From the NCBI GenBank assembly GCA_934162255.1, contig CAKPIG010000002.1:85938-149937 (forward strand): 64,000 bases of DNA, in the 5' to 3' direction. Shown piece after piece: positions 1 to 10,182 of this stretch. The stretch's first letter is position 1; every line of letters begins with the position of its first letter. The stretch comes from an uncultured Clostridia bacterium. GTDB taxonomy: Bacteria; Bacillota; Clostridia; TANB77; CAG-508. The notes beneath the pieces were generated by a model. That model saw only the letters and a program-made list of their open reading frames with translations. It did not search any database and was not told the origin of the DNA. Position numbers and translations under genes: made by a program.

Positions 1-1076
1 TAAATAAAAATATAAAATTAAACTCTTTACTTGGAGAGGGAGAAACAAAAGCATATGTAAAAGAAAACATATCAATACCTGCAACAGACAACTTGGCAGA
101 AATACTAAAAGCACAAATATGTTTAGTGGATAAAGATATAAAAATAAGCTACAACAAAATACTAGCAAAATCAGAAATTGAAATTTGTCTAACATATCTA
201 ACAGATGAGGGACGAATATGTACGAATAGAGCAAGAGTGCCTCTAGTTGGATTTATAGATATGCCAAATATAAGTGAAGAACACATATGTGATATATCAT
301 ACTGTGTAAAAAACATTATAATAAAACCAAACACAGTAGAAGAACATAGTGTATATGTAGAAATAGAAGTTGAAATATCATGTATGGTATATGAAGAAAA
401 AGAAATAAATCTAATAGAAGACATGTACTGCCCTGGTGAAAAAATGGAATTTCAAGAAAATATATTTAATGGTATAACTAATAAGCAAAGTAGAAAATGT
501 AATTGTAATATAAGAGAAAAAATAAACATTCCTGATATTCACGAAGGAGAAATAATAGATATAGAAGCAAATCCATCAATAAATAAAGAAAATAAATTAA
601 GAGATAAAATTATTATAGAAGGTGAAATTGAATTAAATATAATATATAGAGAAAATACAGGAATAGGAATAAATACAAAGAAAATAAGTATGCCATTTGA
701 GCAAACAATAGATGGAATAGATGATGTAGAAAAATGCAAAACTAATACTGAAGTTGAAGTTGGTTCTCAAGAATTTATAAATCAAGGAGAAACGATGAGT
801 TCAGACATAAACTTAAATCTTATAACAAACAGCTACAAAAATGTTGAAATACCTGTTATAAGTGATGTAACTGTAGAAGAAATAGAAAACTTAGAAGATT
901 ATAGTGTAATAATTTATGTCGTAAAAAGTGGAGATACAATTTGGAAAATAGCTAAAAGATTCGGAAGCACAGTTGATGATATCGTAAGAGTAAATGGAAT
1001 AGAAAATCCAAACAGAATAAACATAGGAGAGAAAATCTATATACCCAAATATGTAATGATACATCAAAATGGATAA
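1..1076 (+). CDS. LysM domain protein, probably a SPOCS/DUF3794-type sporulation-associated protein; 5' end lies outside the window
   Basis: Frame 3 is open from base 3, so the TTG at 93 is unlikely to be the true start. The C-terminus YVVKSGDTIWKIAKRFGSTVDDIVRVNGIENPNRINIGEKIYIP is a clear LysM motif. The repeated beta-rich N-terminal part resembles DUF3794 from memory. Confidence 0.6.
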   Translation, partial: NKNIKLNSLLGEGETKAYVKENISIPATDNLAEILKAQICLVDKDIKISYNKILAKSEIEICLTYLTDEGRICTNRARVPLVGFIDMPNISEEHICDISYCVKNIIIKPNTVEEHSVYVEIEVEISCMVYEEKEINLIEDMYCPGEKMEFQENIFNGITNKQSRKCNCNIREKINIPDIHEGEIIDIEANPSINKENKLRDKIIIEGEIELNIIYRENTGIGINTKKISMPFEQTIDGIDDVEKCKTNTEVEVGSQEFINQGETMSSDINLNLITNSYKNVEIPVISDVTVEEIENLEDYSVIIYVVKSGDTIWKIAKRFGSTVDDIVRVNGIENPNRINIGEKIYIPKYVMIHQNG

Positions 1077-1734
1077 AATATATTCAAGATTAAGATTTAC
1101 AAGAAAAACGGGCAATACTAAAAAGAGAAAAATAATAAAAATATTCATTATAATACTCATAATAGTTATAGTTTTAAGAATGATGCTTAAGTATATTGAT
1201 CCAATGTTTGAAAAAATATGTGAAGAAAAAGCAAAATCATTAACAACAATTATAACAAATGAGCAATCAACAATAGTAATGAATAAATATCAATATGAAG
1301 AATTATATAAAATAGAAAAAGATGAGCAAGGAAATATTGTAATAATACAAGCAAATATAGCTCCTATGAATAATCTAATGTCAGACTTAGCAGAAAATAT
1401 ACAAAATGAGTTTGATAAAGTAGAAAGAACAAAAATAAAAATACCATTAGGAAGCTTAACAGGTACATATCTACTTTCAGGTGCAGGACCAGATATTTCA
1501 ATTCAAGTAGTGATAGTAGGAAGCATAGACACAAATGTAAAAAGTGAATTTATTAACCAAGGCATAAATCAAACACTTCATAGAGTATATGTGGATATAA
1601 ATTGTAGAATGAAGATTCTGACTCCATTAAAAAGTTTTGAAAAAGAAATTTCAAACCAAGTGATTATAGCTGAGCACATAATAGTAGGGAGTATTCCTGA
1701 TTCATATTATAGCTTTGACTTTACAGAAAAATAA
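1069..1734 (+). CDS. yunB: sporulation protein YunB
   Basis: 221 aa with an N-terminal basic region plus one TM helix. Body motifs (IPLGSLTG..LLSGAGPDISIQV, INQTLHRVYVDI, IIVGSIPDSY) match my memory of the YunB family. Overlaps the upstream gene by 8 nt. Confidence 0.8.
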   Translation: MDKIYSRLRFTRKTGNTKKRKIIKIFIIILIIVIVLRMMLKYIDPMFEKICEEKAKSLTTIITNEQSTIVMNKYQYEELYKIEKDEQGNIVIIQANIAPMNNLMSDLAENIQNEFDKVERTKIKIPLGSLTGTYLLSGAGPDISIQVVIVGSIDTNVKSEFINQGINQTLHRVYVDINCRMKILTPLKSFEKEISNQVIIAEHIIVGSIPDSYYSFDFTEK

Positions 1735-1765
1735 AACCTCGAAGAAAATTCGAGGTTTTGTTTTG
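1733..1765. terminator. bidirectional intrinsic terminator between yunB and rpsI
   Basis: Perfect hairpin aaaacctcg-gaagaaaatt-cgaggtttt, flanked by T-rich runs on both strands. Confidence 0.7.
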
Positions 1766-1768
1766 TAA

Positions 1769-2170
1769 TTATCTCTTTGAGAATTGTGGTGCTTTTCTTG
1801 CTTTTTTAAGACCGTATTTTTTTCTTTCTTTCATACGAGGATCTCTTGTTAAGAATCCACTTGTTTTAAGAGTAGGTCTGTATTCTGAATTAGCTTCATT
1901 TAAAGCTCTAGCAATACCATGTCTTATAGCTCCAGCTTGACCAGAAACTCCACCACCTTGTACAGAACAAATTACATCATATTTTGCTAATGTATTTGTA
2001 ACTGTTAATGGTTGTCTAACAATAACTTTTAAAGTTTCTAAATCGAAAAATTCATCAATGTCTTTTCCGTTAATTGTTATTTTTCCAGTTCCTTCAACTA
2101 ATCTAACTCTAGCTATAGAACTTTTTCTTCTACCTGTACCCATGTATACTATTTTATTTGATTTAGCCAT
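1769..2170 (-). CDS. rpsI: 30S ribosomal protein S9
   Basis: 133 aa ending in the characteristic [12 protein letters not shown], and adjacent to rplM. Confidence 0.97.
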   Translation of the reverse strand: MAKSNKIVYMGTGRRKSSIARVRLVEGTGKITINGKDIDEFFDLETLKVIVRQPLTVTNTLAKYDVICSVQGGGVSGQAGAIRHGIARALNEANSEYRPTLKTSGFLTRDPRMKERKKYGLKKARKAPQFSKR

Positions 2171-2185
2171 TATAGTTCCTCCTTA

Positions 2186-2620
2186 TTAAAAATTCCACAT
2201 TTCTGGTTTTTGTGCTTGAAGATTATGTTCGCTACCTGCGAATACTCTTAATTTTGTTGCCATTTTTCTTCCTAAAGAATTGTGTGGTAACATTCCTTTA
2301 ACAGCTAACATCATAGCTTTTTCTGGATTTTTTTCAAGCATTACACTTGCAGGAGTTTCTTTCATTCCTCCAATGTAACCTGAATGATGTCTATAAATTT
2401 TGTCATTCATTTTATTTCCTGTTAATACAACATCTTTACAGTTGATTATAATAACATTATCACCTGTATCAAGATTTGGTGTGAAAGTTGGTTTATGTTT
2501 TCCTCTTAATAATCTAGCAGCTTCTGTAGCAACTCTACCTAAAGGTTTATCTGCTGCATCAATAACATACCATTTTCTTTCAATTTCTGCTTTTTTTACA
2601 CTATATGTAACATTATTCAT
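2186..2620 (-). CDS. rplM: 50S ribosomal protein L13
   Basis: 144 aa with the KWYVIDA..LGR.A...A..LRGKHKP.FTP signature. Conserved rplM-rpsI gene order. Confidence 0.97.
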   Translation of the reverse strand: MNNVTYSVKKAEIERKWYVIDAADKPLGRVATEAARLLRGKHKPTFTPNLDTGDNVIIINCKDVVLTGNKMNDKIYRHHSGYIGGMKETPASVMLEKNPEKAMMLAVKGMLPHNSLGRKMATKLRVFAGSEHNLQAQKPEMWNF

Positions 2621-2851
2621 GGTAATATATACCCTCCTATTTTAAATTAAATTATATATGAAATTTAAATCTAAAACCACCGGGGAGAAGTTTCATATTT
2701 AAATCATATTTCTAAAATATACCCAATTATTTTAATACAAAATACGGAATTTGTCAATAAATTTAACTAAAGTTATTGCTAATTTTAGTAATTTTATCTA
2801 TAATATGGATATAAATATTATAAATATAGAAAATTAACATAGGAGGAAACG

Positions 2852-4477
2852 ATGCCAGAAGTAGAAAAAAAAATAAAAAAAGAAACATTTATGCAAGGTG
2901 TAATAACAATAATGTTTTCACAAATATTAATAAAAGTATTAGGATTAATTTATACTTTATATTTAACAAATAGAGAAGGATTTGGAGATGCAGGGAATGC
3001 AATATATATTAGTGGATATCAAATATATGCATTACTTCTTACAATATCATCAATAGGAGTTCCAAACGCAATTTCAAAATTAGTAGCAGAAAGACTTGCA
3101 TTAGGAGATAGTAAAGGAGCGAACCGAATATTTAAAATAGCATTAGCTACATTTGGAATAATAGGAGCAGTTGGAACAATGCTATTATTTTTTGGCGCAC
3201 ATACAATAGCATATAACTGGATTCAAATACCAGAAGCAGAACTAACACTAGTTGCGCTTTCGCCAGCAATATTCTTTGTTTCAATATCATCAGTATTTAG
3301 AGGATATTTTAATGGAAGAAGAACATTAAAAATAACAGCAAGAGCCCAAACATTAGAACAAATATTTAAAACAGTATTAACAATAGGAATAGTAGAAATT
3401 GTAGCATATGCTACATCAACATCAACAGAAATGATGGCAGCAGGAGCAAATGTTGCAACAACAATTGCTACATTTTCAAGTTTTGCATACTTATTTATAT
3501 ATTACAAAATAAAGAGAAAAGAAATAGGGCAAGAAATAGCTCAATCTAAAAATTATAAATATGAAAGTGTAAAAAAAGTTGTAAAAAGAATATTAATGGT
3601 TTCAATACCATTAACATTAAGTTCAATAATGACATCATTTAATAAAAACATAGATTCATTTACAGTAAAAAGAATATTAAGTACATATATGGATTCAGCA
3701 ATGGCACAAAAACTGTATGGAATTTTAGGAGGAAAAGTAGATACTGTAACAAACCTACCATTAGCTATAAATATAGCATTTGCAACAGCATTAGTACCAA
3801 CAATATCTGCAGCAAATGCAAAACATGACACAGAAACAGCAACAAAAAGAATATCATTTTCATTATTAACATCGATGCTAATAGGTTTGCCATGTGTTAT
3901 AGGATTAGTAATTTTTGCACAACCAATATTAAACTTATTATATCCAAATGCAAACCAAGGAGCATTACTAATGCAATTAGTAGCAATTGGAGTAATATTC
4001 TCAATATTAAACCAAACAATAAGTGGGGCATTACAAGGATTTGGAAAGGTTATGGTACCTGCAATGGCATTAGGTGCAGGATGTGTGGTAAAATTAATAC
4101 TTAATTTAATATTACTAAGAATACCAGAAATAAATGTATATGGTGCAGCAATTTCAACAATAGCATGTCATGCAACAGCATTTGCAATTGTATTTATTGT
4201 ATTAAAGAAATATGTAAAATTAGATTTACCATTTAGTAAATTTGTAGTAAAACCACTAATAGCAACAGGAATAATGGGAGTATGCTCATATACAGTATAT
4301 TATCTATTAAATAGTATAGGATTAAGAAATAAGGCAACAATAATAGCAATATTATTCGCAGTAATTATATATATATTAACAGTAGCAGTGCTAAAAATTT
4401 ACAATAAAGAAGACATATACATGTTACCAAAAGGAGAAAAAATTTTTAAAATTCTAGAAAAAGCAAAAATATATTAA
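2852..4477 (+). CDS. MOP-superfamily polysaccharide/lipid II flippase, SpoVB/MurJ-like
   Basis: 541 aa with about 14 predicted TM segments. Length and pattern are typical of stage V sporulation protein B and polysaccharide biosynthesis proteins. RBS aggagga precedes the ATG. Confidence 0.75.
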   Translation: MPEVEKKIKKETFMQGVITIMFSQILIKVLGLIYTLYLTNREGFGDAGNAIYISGYQIYALLLTISSIGVPNAISKLVAERLALGDSKGANRIFKIALATFGIIGAVGTMLLFFGAHTIAYNWIQIPEAELTLVALSPAIFFVSISSVFRGYFNGRRTLKITARAQTLEQIFKTVLTIGIVEIVAYATSTSTEMMAAGANVATTIATFSSFAYLFIYYKIKRKEIGQEIAQSKNYKYESVKKVVKRILMVSIPLTLSSIMTSFNKNIDSFTVKRILSTYMDSAMAQKLYGILGGKVDTVTNLPLAINIAFATALVPTISAANAKHDTETATKRISFSLLTSMLIGLPCVIGLVIFAQPILNLLYPNANQGALLMQLVAIGVIFSILNQTISGALQGFGKVMVPAMALGAGCVVKLILNLILLRIPEINVYGAAISTIACHATAFAIVFIVLKKYVKLDLPFSKFVVKPLIATGIMGVCSYTVYYLLNSIGLRNKATIIAILFAVIIYILTVAVLKIYNKEDIYMLPKGEKIFKILEKAKIY

Positions 4478-4593
4478 AAAAATCTGATAAAAAGAAGGGA
4501 TTTTAAATAATTATGGAGAATAAAATAGAAGTACAGATATAGCTTAGAGGCTAATATAAGTACATATACAAAATTTATAGGAGGTAAAGTACA

Positions 4594-4869
4594 ATGAACA
4601 AAGCTGAATTAGTAGCAGCTATCGCTGCAAAAACAGGTGAATCTAAAAAAGCAACAGAAGAAACAGTTAACGCATTTGTATCAGTTGTTTCAGAAGCATT
4701 AAAAGGAGGAGACAAAGTTCAATTAGTTGGATTTGGTTCTTTCGAAGTTAGAAAAAGAGCTGCTAGAAAAGGTAGAAATCCTCAAACAAAAGAAGAAATA
4801 AAAATACCTGCATCTAAAGCTCCAGTATTCAAAGCTGGAAAAGCATTAAAAGATTTAGTAAACGGATAA
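4594..4869 (+). CDS. hup: HU family DNA-binding protein
   Basis: 91 aa. MNKAELV....A......K......V.....LVGFGSFEVRKRAARKGRNPQT is the canonical HU signature. Confidence 0.95.
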   Translation: MNKAELVAAIAAKTGESKKATEETVNAFVSVVSEALKGGDKVQLVGFGSFEVRKRAARKGRNPQTKEEIKIPASKAPVFKAGKALKDLVNG

Positions 4870-4896
4870 TTAAATTAAAATATATAAATATATGGA

Positions 4897-4927
4897 AAAA
4901 GATAGTGATTACTCACTATCTTTTTTG
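4897..4927. terminator. intrinsic terminator after hup (bidirectional hairpin)
   Basis: Hairpin gatagtga-ttac-tcactatc followed by tttttt. It overlaps the stop codon of the convergent small ORF. Confidence 0.7.
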
Positions 4928-5085
4928 TCTACCTTTTTTTCCTCAGGAACAATAATATTTTTTGGATTTTTATCTTTTCCTTTTGGTTTTGCAGCACTAA
5001 TATGTTCATAAACAGGTGAAATATCTAAATTTGAACCATCACCATTAACAACTTCAATGCTTTTTTTGTTTTTTTCTTCAGACAT
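4909..5085 (-). CDS. small lysine-rich hypothetical protein
   Basis: The internal ATG at 5085 is preceded by aagaggag at good spacing, whereas the ORF-track start at 5127 has no RBS. No recognisable family. Confidence 0.35.
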   Translation of the reverse strand: MSEEKNKKSIEVVNGDGSNLDISPVYEHISAAKPKGKDKNPKNIIVPEEKKVDKKDSE

Positions 5086-5220
5086 ATATAACACTCCTCT
5101 TAAATCCTTTTTTTGATAATAGCACAAAAAAAGAAAAAAGTAAATAAAAACTTGACATAAAGCTAAAAAAGTGAGAAAATATAACCACTAAAAAATAAAA
5201 GTAAGAAGTGGAAAAATAAG

Positions 5221-5781
5221 ATGGAAGAAAACAAGATAAAATCAGTTATAGAAGCAATATTATTTGCTGCCGGAAGAGCAGTAAATGAAGAAGAACTAAT
5301 ACTAAGTTTAGAACTTAGCAAAGAAGAAATTGAAGAACAAATATCAAAAATGCAAGAAGAATACAAAAAAAGAGGAATAGAAATAATAAAAATAGATAAA
5401 AGTTACCAAATGTGTAGCAAAAAAGAATACTATGATTACATATATCAAGTATTAGATAAAAGAACAAAACCAAACTTATCAAATGCAGCATTAGAAACAC
5501 TTGCTATTATTGCATATAATCCAAGAGCAACAAGAGCAGAAATAGAAGCAATAAGAGGAGTAAACAGTGATGGAACAATATACAAATTATTGGATTATGG
5601 ATTAATTGAAGATGCAGGAAAAGCAGACTTACCAGGAAGACCAACATCATATAAAACAACAGAGCAATTCTTGAAAATGTTTGGTTATCAATCACTTAAA
5701 GAATTACCAGAATTGCCGAAATATAAATTAGATGCAAATAGACAAATTGTAATAGATGAAATAATAGAAGAAAACAAATAA
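5221..5781 (+). CDS. scpB: SMC-Scp complex subunit ScpB
   Basis: 186 aa. IEAILFAAGRAV near the N-terminus, LETLAIIAY.QP.TRAEIE.IRGV and GRP..Y.TT..FL..FGL are typical of ScpB. Confidence 0.9.
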   Translation: MEENKIKSVIEAILFAAGRAVNEEELILSLELSKEEIEEQISKMQEEYKKRGIEIIKIDKSYQMCSKKEYYDYIYQVLDKRTKPNLSNAALETLAIIAYNPRATRAEIEAIRGVNSDGTIYKLLDYGLIEDAGKADLPGRPTSYKTTEQFLKMFGYQSLKELPELPKYKLDANRQIVIDEIIEENK

Positions 5782-5796
5782 TTTCAGGAGGAAATA

Positions 5797-7236
5797 ATGG
5801 AAGATAATAAAAATTTTGTAAAAGAAATAACAAATATAGATGAGAATTTTGCACAATGGTATACAGACATAGTGCTAAAAGCAGAACTTGCAGACTATAC
5901 AGACACAAAAGGATGTATAGCAATAAGACCATATGGATATGCAATATGGGAAAACATTCAAAATTATACAGACAAAAAATTTAAAGAAACAGGAGTTCAA
6001 AATGCATATTTTCCAGTATTAATACCAGAAAGCTTACTTCAAAAAGAAAAAGACCATGTTGAAGGATTTGCTCCAGAAGTAGCTTGGGTAACAGATGCAG
6101 GTGGAGAAAAATTAGACGAAAGATTATGTATCAGACCAACATCTGAAACAATAATAACAACAATGTACTCAAAATGGTTAAAATCTTGGGCAGATTTACC
6201 ATTTGTATATAATCAATGGTGTAATGTATTAAGATGGGAAAAGGAAACAAGACCATTTTTACGTTCAAGAGAATTTTTATGGCAAGAAGGACATACAATC
6301 CATGAAACTGCAGAAGAAGCAAAAGCAAGAACATTACAAATGTTAGATATATATGCAGATGTTGTAGAAAATCTACTTGCAATACCAGTAATAAAAGGAA
6401 TAAAAACAGAATCAGAAAAATTTGCAGGAGCAGAAGAAACATATACAATAGAAACAATGATGTATGATGGAAAAGCACTTCAATCTGCAACATCACATTA
6501 TTTTGGACAAAACTTTACAAAACCATTTAATGTTAAATTTCAAAACAGAGAAGGAAAACAAGAATATGCATATCAAACATCATGGGGATCTACAACACGA
6601 CTAATAGGAGCTATAATAATGGCACATGGTGATGATAGAGGATTAAAACTACCACCAAGAGTTGCACCAATACAAGTTGAAGTAATACCTATTGCACAAC
6701 ATAAAGAAGGAGTAGAAGAAAAAGTTTCAGAAATTTATAATAGACTAAAAACAAAATTTAGAGTAGAAGCAGATTTTAGAAGAAAAGTATCACCAGGAGT
6801 AAAATTCAATGATTCAGAATTAAGAGGAATACCACTTAGATTAGAAATGGGACCAAGAGACATTGAAAATGAAGAATGTGTATTAGTAAGAAGAGATACA
6901 TTTGAAAAAATAACAGTAAAATTAGAAAATCTTGAAGAAACAATATCAAAACTATTAGAAGAAATTCAACAAAACATGTATGACACATGTAAAAAAAGAA
7001 TGGAAGCCAAAACAACAATTGCTCACAATTTAGAAGAATTCCAATCAAACATGAATAATGAACAAGGATTTATAAAAGCAATGTGGTGTGGAAGTGCAGA
7101 ATGTGAGGCAAAAATAAAAGAACTAACAGGAGCAAAATCAAGATGTATGCCATTTGAGCAAGAACATGTAGGAGATACATGTGTATGCTGTGGAAAGAAA
7201 GCAGACAAAATGGTTGTATGGGGAAGACAATATTAA
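5797..7236 (+). CDS. proS: proline--tRNA ligase, archaeal/eukaryote-like type with C-terminal zinc-binding domain
   Basis: 479 aa. FAQWYTDIV.KAEL.DY, the RPTSET motif and a C-terminal cysteine cluster (CGSAECE...C.P......C..CG) match. Confidence 0.95.
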   Translation: MEDNKNFVKEITNIDENFAQWYTDIVLKAELADYTDTKGCIAIRPYGYAIWENIQNYTDKKFKETGVQNAYFPVLIPESLLQKEKDHVEGFAPEVAWVTDAGGEKLDERLCIRPTSETIITTMYSKWLKSWADLPFVYNQWCNVLRWEKETRPFLRSREFLWQEGHTIHETAEEAKARTLQMLDIYADVVENLLAIPVIKGIKTESEKFAGAEETYTIETMMYDGKALQSATSHYFGQNFTKPFNVKFQNREGKQEYAYQTSWGSTTRLIGAIIMAHGDDRGLKLPPRVAPIQVEVIPIAQHKEGVEEKVSEIYNRLKTKFRVEADFRRKVSPGVKFNDSELRGIPLRLEMGPRDIENEECVLVRRDTFEKITVKLENLEETISKLLEEIQQNMYDTCKKRMEAKTTIAHNLEEFQSNMNNEQGFIKAMWCGSAECEAKIKELTGAKSRCMPFEQEHVGDTCVCCGKKADKMVVWGRQY

Positions 7237-7345
7237 TAAAATTCGATAAAATAGTTGTAAAAAAAGAAAAAAATTGATATACTAATAAAGACAAAAAAGT
7301 CAAAAAGGTTATGTGCAAAACAAACCTTAGAAAGGGAGGATAAAA

Positions 7346-7777
7346 ATGGCAGATAACGAAGAAGAAAAAAAAGAAGAAATTCAAGAAATTACAGAAAAAG
7401 TAGAAGAAGGAAATGATGAAATAAAAATAGCAAATGATGTAGTTGCAGTAATTGCAGGAGTTGCAGTATCAGAAGTTTCTGGTGTAGCTGGTATGTCTGG
7501 AGGTTTTGCTGGAGGAATATCAGAAGTTCTAAGTGGAAAAAAGAACTTATCAAAAGGAATAAAAGTAGAAGCAAATGAAAAAGAAGTAAAAATTGATGTA
7601 AACATTATAGTAGAATATGGCTCAAGAATACCAGATGTAGCATTTGAAATACAAAATAGAGTAAAAAAATCAGTAGAAAGCATGACAGGACTAAAAGTAT
7701 CTGAAGTAAATGTTCATGTTCAAGGAGTAAAAACAGAAAAAGACAATGCTGAAGAACCAAAAGAAGATAACGAATAA
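7346..7777 (+). CDS. Asp23/Gls24 family envelope stress protein
   Basis: 143 aa. IANDVVAVIAGVAVSEVSGVAGM and VEYG..IPDVA..IQ..V are classic Asp23 features. Confidence 0.9.
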   Translation: MADNEEEKKEEIQEITEKVEEGNDEIKIANDVVAVIAGVAVSEVSGVAGMSGGFAGGISEVLSGKKNLSKGIKVEANEKEVKIDVNIIVEYGSRIPDVAFEIQNRVKKSVESMTGLKVSEVNVHVQGVKTEKDNAEEPKEDNE

Positions 7778-7795
7778 AGAAATGGAGAAATAAAA

Positions 7796-8377
7796 ATGAA
7801 ATTTTTAGAAAGATTTGCATTAGTAGTTTATTCATACATAATAATAATAATAGCAGTAATATTAGGATTAGTATCTGTAGATTTAATTAGCTTAGAACAA
7901 GTAGTAGATGTTATAAATCCATTAATATCAGGAGAAGTAGCATCAAAAGTAACATTAGGAATTTGTATAGTATTTTTAGCATTATCTATAAAATGTATAT
8001 TCTTTGATGAAAAAACAAAGGAAAAAATAAGAGAAGCACAAGGAATACTATTAAAAAACGAAAATGGAGAGCTAATGATTTCAAAAGAATCAATAGATAA
8101 CATGGTAAAAAATGCAGTTTCAAGATTTGATGATGTAAAAGAATGTGAAACGAAAATCTATATAGATGAAGAAAAACAAATAATGATAACATTATGTGTG
8201 ATTGTAAATGAAAATGTAGTAATAAAAGACTTAGCAAGTGATTTACAATTAAAAATAAAAGACGAAATTAGAAAAATAGCAGATTTGGATGTAAAAGAAG
8301 TAAATGTAAAAGTAATAAAACTTCAAGAACCAAAAAAGAAAAATAAAGATAGGATGAAAGAAAATGGAGAATTTTAA
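7796..8377 (+). CDS. alkaline shock response membrane anchor protein, AmaP-like
   Basis: 193 aa with N-terminal TM helices followed by an Asp23-like soluble part. It sits directly after asp23, as in the known asp23 operon. Confidence 0.55.
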   Translation: MKFLERFALVVYSYIIIIIAVILGLVSVDLISLEQVVDVINPLISGEVASKVTLGICIVFLALSIKCIFFDEKTKEKIREAQGILLKNENGELMISKESIDNMVKNAVSRFDDVKECETKIYIDEEKQIMITLCVIVNENVVIKDLASDLQLKIKDEIRKIADLDVKEVNVKVIKLQEPKKKNKDRMKENGEF

Positions 8378-8567
8378 AAATTTCTTAACAAAATATAGAG
8401 GTGCAATAATTGGTGTAATAATTGCAGTGTTAGTATTATGTACAAGACTATATGAATTAATATTAGCATTAGTATTAGTTGGGTTATGTGCAGTTGCAGG
8501 AAATTACATTCAACAAAACAAAGATGATGTAAAAGATAAATTAAAAAAATTTATAGACAAATTATAA
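8364..8567 (+). CDS. DUF2273-like small integral membrane protein
   Basis: 67 aa with two hydrophobic helices. Overlaps the amaP-like gene; the position matches the asp23-amaP-DUF2273 arrangement. Confidence 0.55.
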   Translation: MENFKNFLTKYRGAIIGVIIAVLVLCTRLYELILALVLVGLCAVAGNYIQQNKDDVKDKLKKFIDKL

Positions 8568-8570
8568 AAG

Positions 8571-8990
8571 GTGGGAAAAATGAAAAGGTCAGCAATAAGA
8601 GAACTAACATTCAGACTAATATATAGTTTAGAAATACAAAAAACAGAAAATATAGAAGAGCAAATAGAACTATACTTAGAATGCAATGAAGTTGAAGAAA
8701 ATGAAGCAAAAGAATATATAAAAAATACTGTCATTGGAATAAATGAACATATAGATGAAATAAAAGAATTAATAGAAAAAAACTTAAAAGCTGATTGGAA
8801 AATTGACAGAATATCAAAAATAGACTTAAGCTTATTAAAACTTGCAATATATGAAATAAAATATACAGAAATACCTTATAAAGTTGCTATAAATGAAAGT
8901 TTGGAACTTGCAAAAAAATATGGAGAAGAAACATCTAAAAATTTCATAAATGGAATATTAGCAAGTATTGTAAAAGAAATAGGAGATTAA
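8571..8990 (+). CDS. nusB: transcription antitermination factor NusB
   Basis: 139 aa. R..A.......E, DRI...D...L.LA.YE and INE..ELAK.Y......FINGIL fit the NusB pattern. Confidence 0.9.
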   Translation: MGKMKRSAIRELTFRLIYSLEIQKTENIEEQIELYLECNEVEENEAKEYIKNTVIGINEHIDEIKELIEKNLKADWKIDRISKIDLSLLKLAIYEIKYTEIPYKVAINESLELAKKYGEETSKNFINGILASIVKEIGD

Positions 8991-8993
8991 CAA

Positions 8994-10181
8994 ATGAAAT
9001 ATAATGCCGTAACAGTTACAGAATTAAACAAATACTTAAAAGATAGATTTGATGAAGATGAAAACTTAGGCGCAATATTAGTAAAAGGAGAAATCTCTAA
9101 CTTTAAAAACCATTACACAGGACATCTATATTTTACATTAAAAGACGATAAATCGTTAATAAAATGTATAATGTTTAAAAGCTATGCTGAAAGGTTAGCT
9201 TTTAAACCAAAAGATGGAATGCAAGTAATGGTTTTTGGCTCTGTACAGGTATTTGAAAGAGATGGAGTATATCAAATATATGCAAAACAAATGCTTGAAG
9301 ACGGAATGGGAGATTTACACGAAAAATTCGAAAAATTGAAAAAAAATTTAGAAGAAGAAGGAATATTTGCAGAAAGCCACAAAAAGGCAATACCTATGTA
9401 CCCAAAAGAAATAGGAGTATTAACATCTCAAACAGGAGCAGTAATAAGAGATATAATAAATGTATCAACTAGAAGAAATCCAAATGTACACATAAGATTA
9501 TTACCAGTACCTGTCCAAGGACCAGGCGCTGCTGAGAAAATTGCTGAAAAAATAAAAACAATGAATGATAAAAAATTAGCAGATGTAATAATTGTTGGTA
9601 GAGGAGGAGGTTCCTTAGAAGACTTATGGCCATTTAATGAGGAAATTGTAGCAAGAGCAATTTATGAATCTGAAATACCTATAATTTCTGCAGTAGGACA
9701 TGAAACAGACTTTACTATAGCAGATTTTGTTGCAGACCTAAGAGCACCAACACCATCTGCAGCAGCAGAATTAGCTGTTCCAGATGTATATGAATTAAAA
9801 CAAAAATTAGAATCTTATAAAAACAGATGTAGAATCTCATTAAAAAAGAAAATAGAATTAATGAGATTGAGATATGAAAAATGTATGACATCAAGAGTAT
9901 TTACAGATCCAACGAGAAAAATAAAAGACCAATATATAATATTAGATGATTATATAAAAAGAATGGAAAATCAAGTAAAAAATGTTCAAAAAGTAAGTCA
10001 AACAAGATTTGTTGAATTAGCCACAAAACTTGATACATTAAGCCCATTAAAAACGTTAACAAGAGGATATATAATAGCAGAAAAAGATAATAAAATAATA
10101 AAAAGTGCAAAACAACTGAAACAAAATGATGAAATCGAATTAAAATTTCAAGATGGAAAACAAAAAGCAAAAATAATTTAA
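8994..10181 (+). CDS. xseA: exodeoxyribonuclease VII large subunit
   Basis: 395 aa. SVTELN.Y.K, GEISNFK.H.SGH.YF.LKD, GV.TS.TGA.IRDI and RGGGS.EDLW.FN are all present. Confidence 0.95.
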   Translation: MKYNAVTVTELNKYLKDRFDEDENLGAILVKGEISNFKNHYTGHLYFTLKDDKSLIKCIMFKSYAERLAFKPKDGMQVMVFGSVQVFERDGVYQIYAKQMLEDGMGDLHEKFEKLKKNLEEEGIFAESHKKAIPMYPKEIGVLTSQTGAVIRDIINVSTRRNPNVHIRLLPVPVQGPGAAEKIAEKIKTMNDKKLADVIIVGRGGGSLEDLWPFNEEIVARAIYESEIPIISAVGHETDFTIADFVADLRAPTPSAAAELAVPDVYELKQKLESYKNRCRISLKKKIELMRLRYEKCMTSRVFTDPTRKIKDQYIILDDYIKRMENQVKNVQKVSQTRFVELATKLDTLSPLKTLTRGYIIAEKDNKIIKSAKQLKQNDEIELKFQDGKQKAKII

Positions 10182-10182
10182 A

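Noticed and set aside
2621-2851. Possible L13 ribosomal-protein leader upstream of rplM (minus strand), including the hairpin atatgaaa...tttcatat around 2655-2700.
   Set aside because: A hairpin is visible, but I cannot match it to the L13 leader consensus from memory. Reported only as unverified; cmsearch with Rfam L13_leader would decide.
5315-7384. Numerous 60-190 aa ORFs in the six-frame track that lie antisense to or out of frame with strong genes. Examples: 149-424, 539-739, 5315-5944, 6131-6496, 7070-7384, 9901-10209, 17479-18000, 18259-18720, 26229-26531, 32188-32724, 58159-58425 and 60950-61516.
   Set aside because: Their translations are Leu/Phe/Ile/His-rich low-complexity strings, typical of the reverse complement of A-rich coding DNA. 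They have no RBS, and every one overlaps a CDS with clear family motifs.
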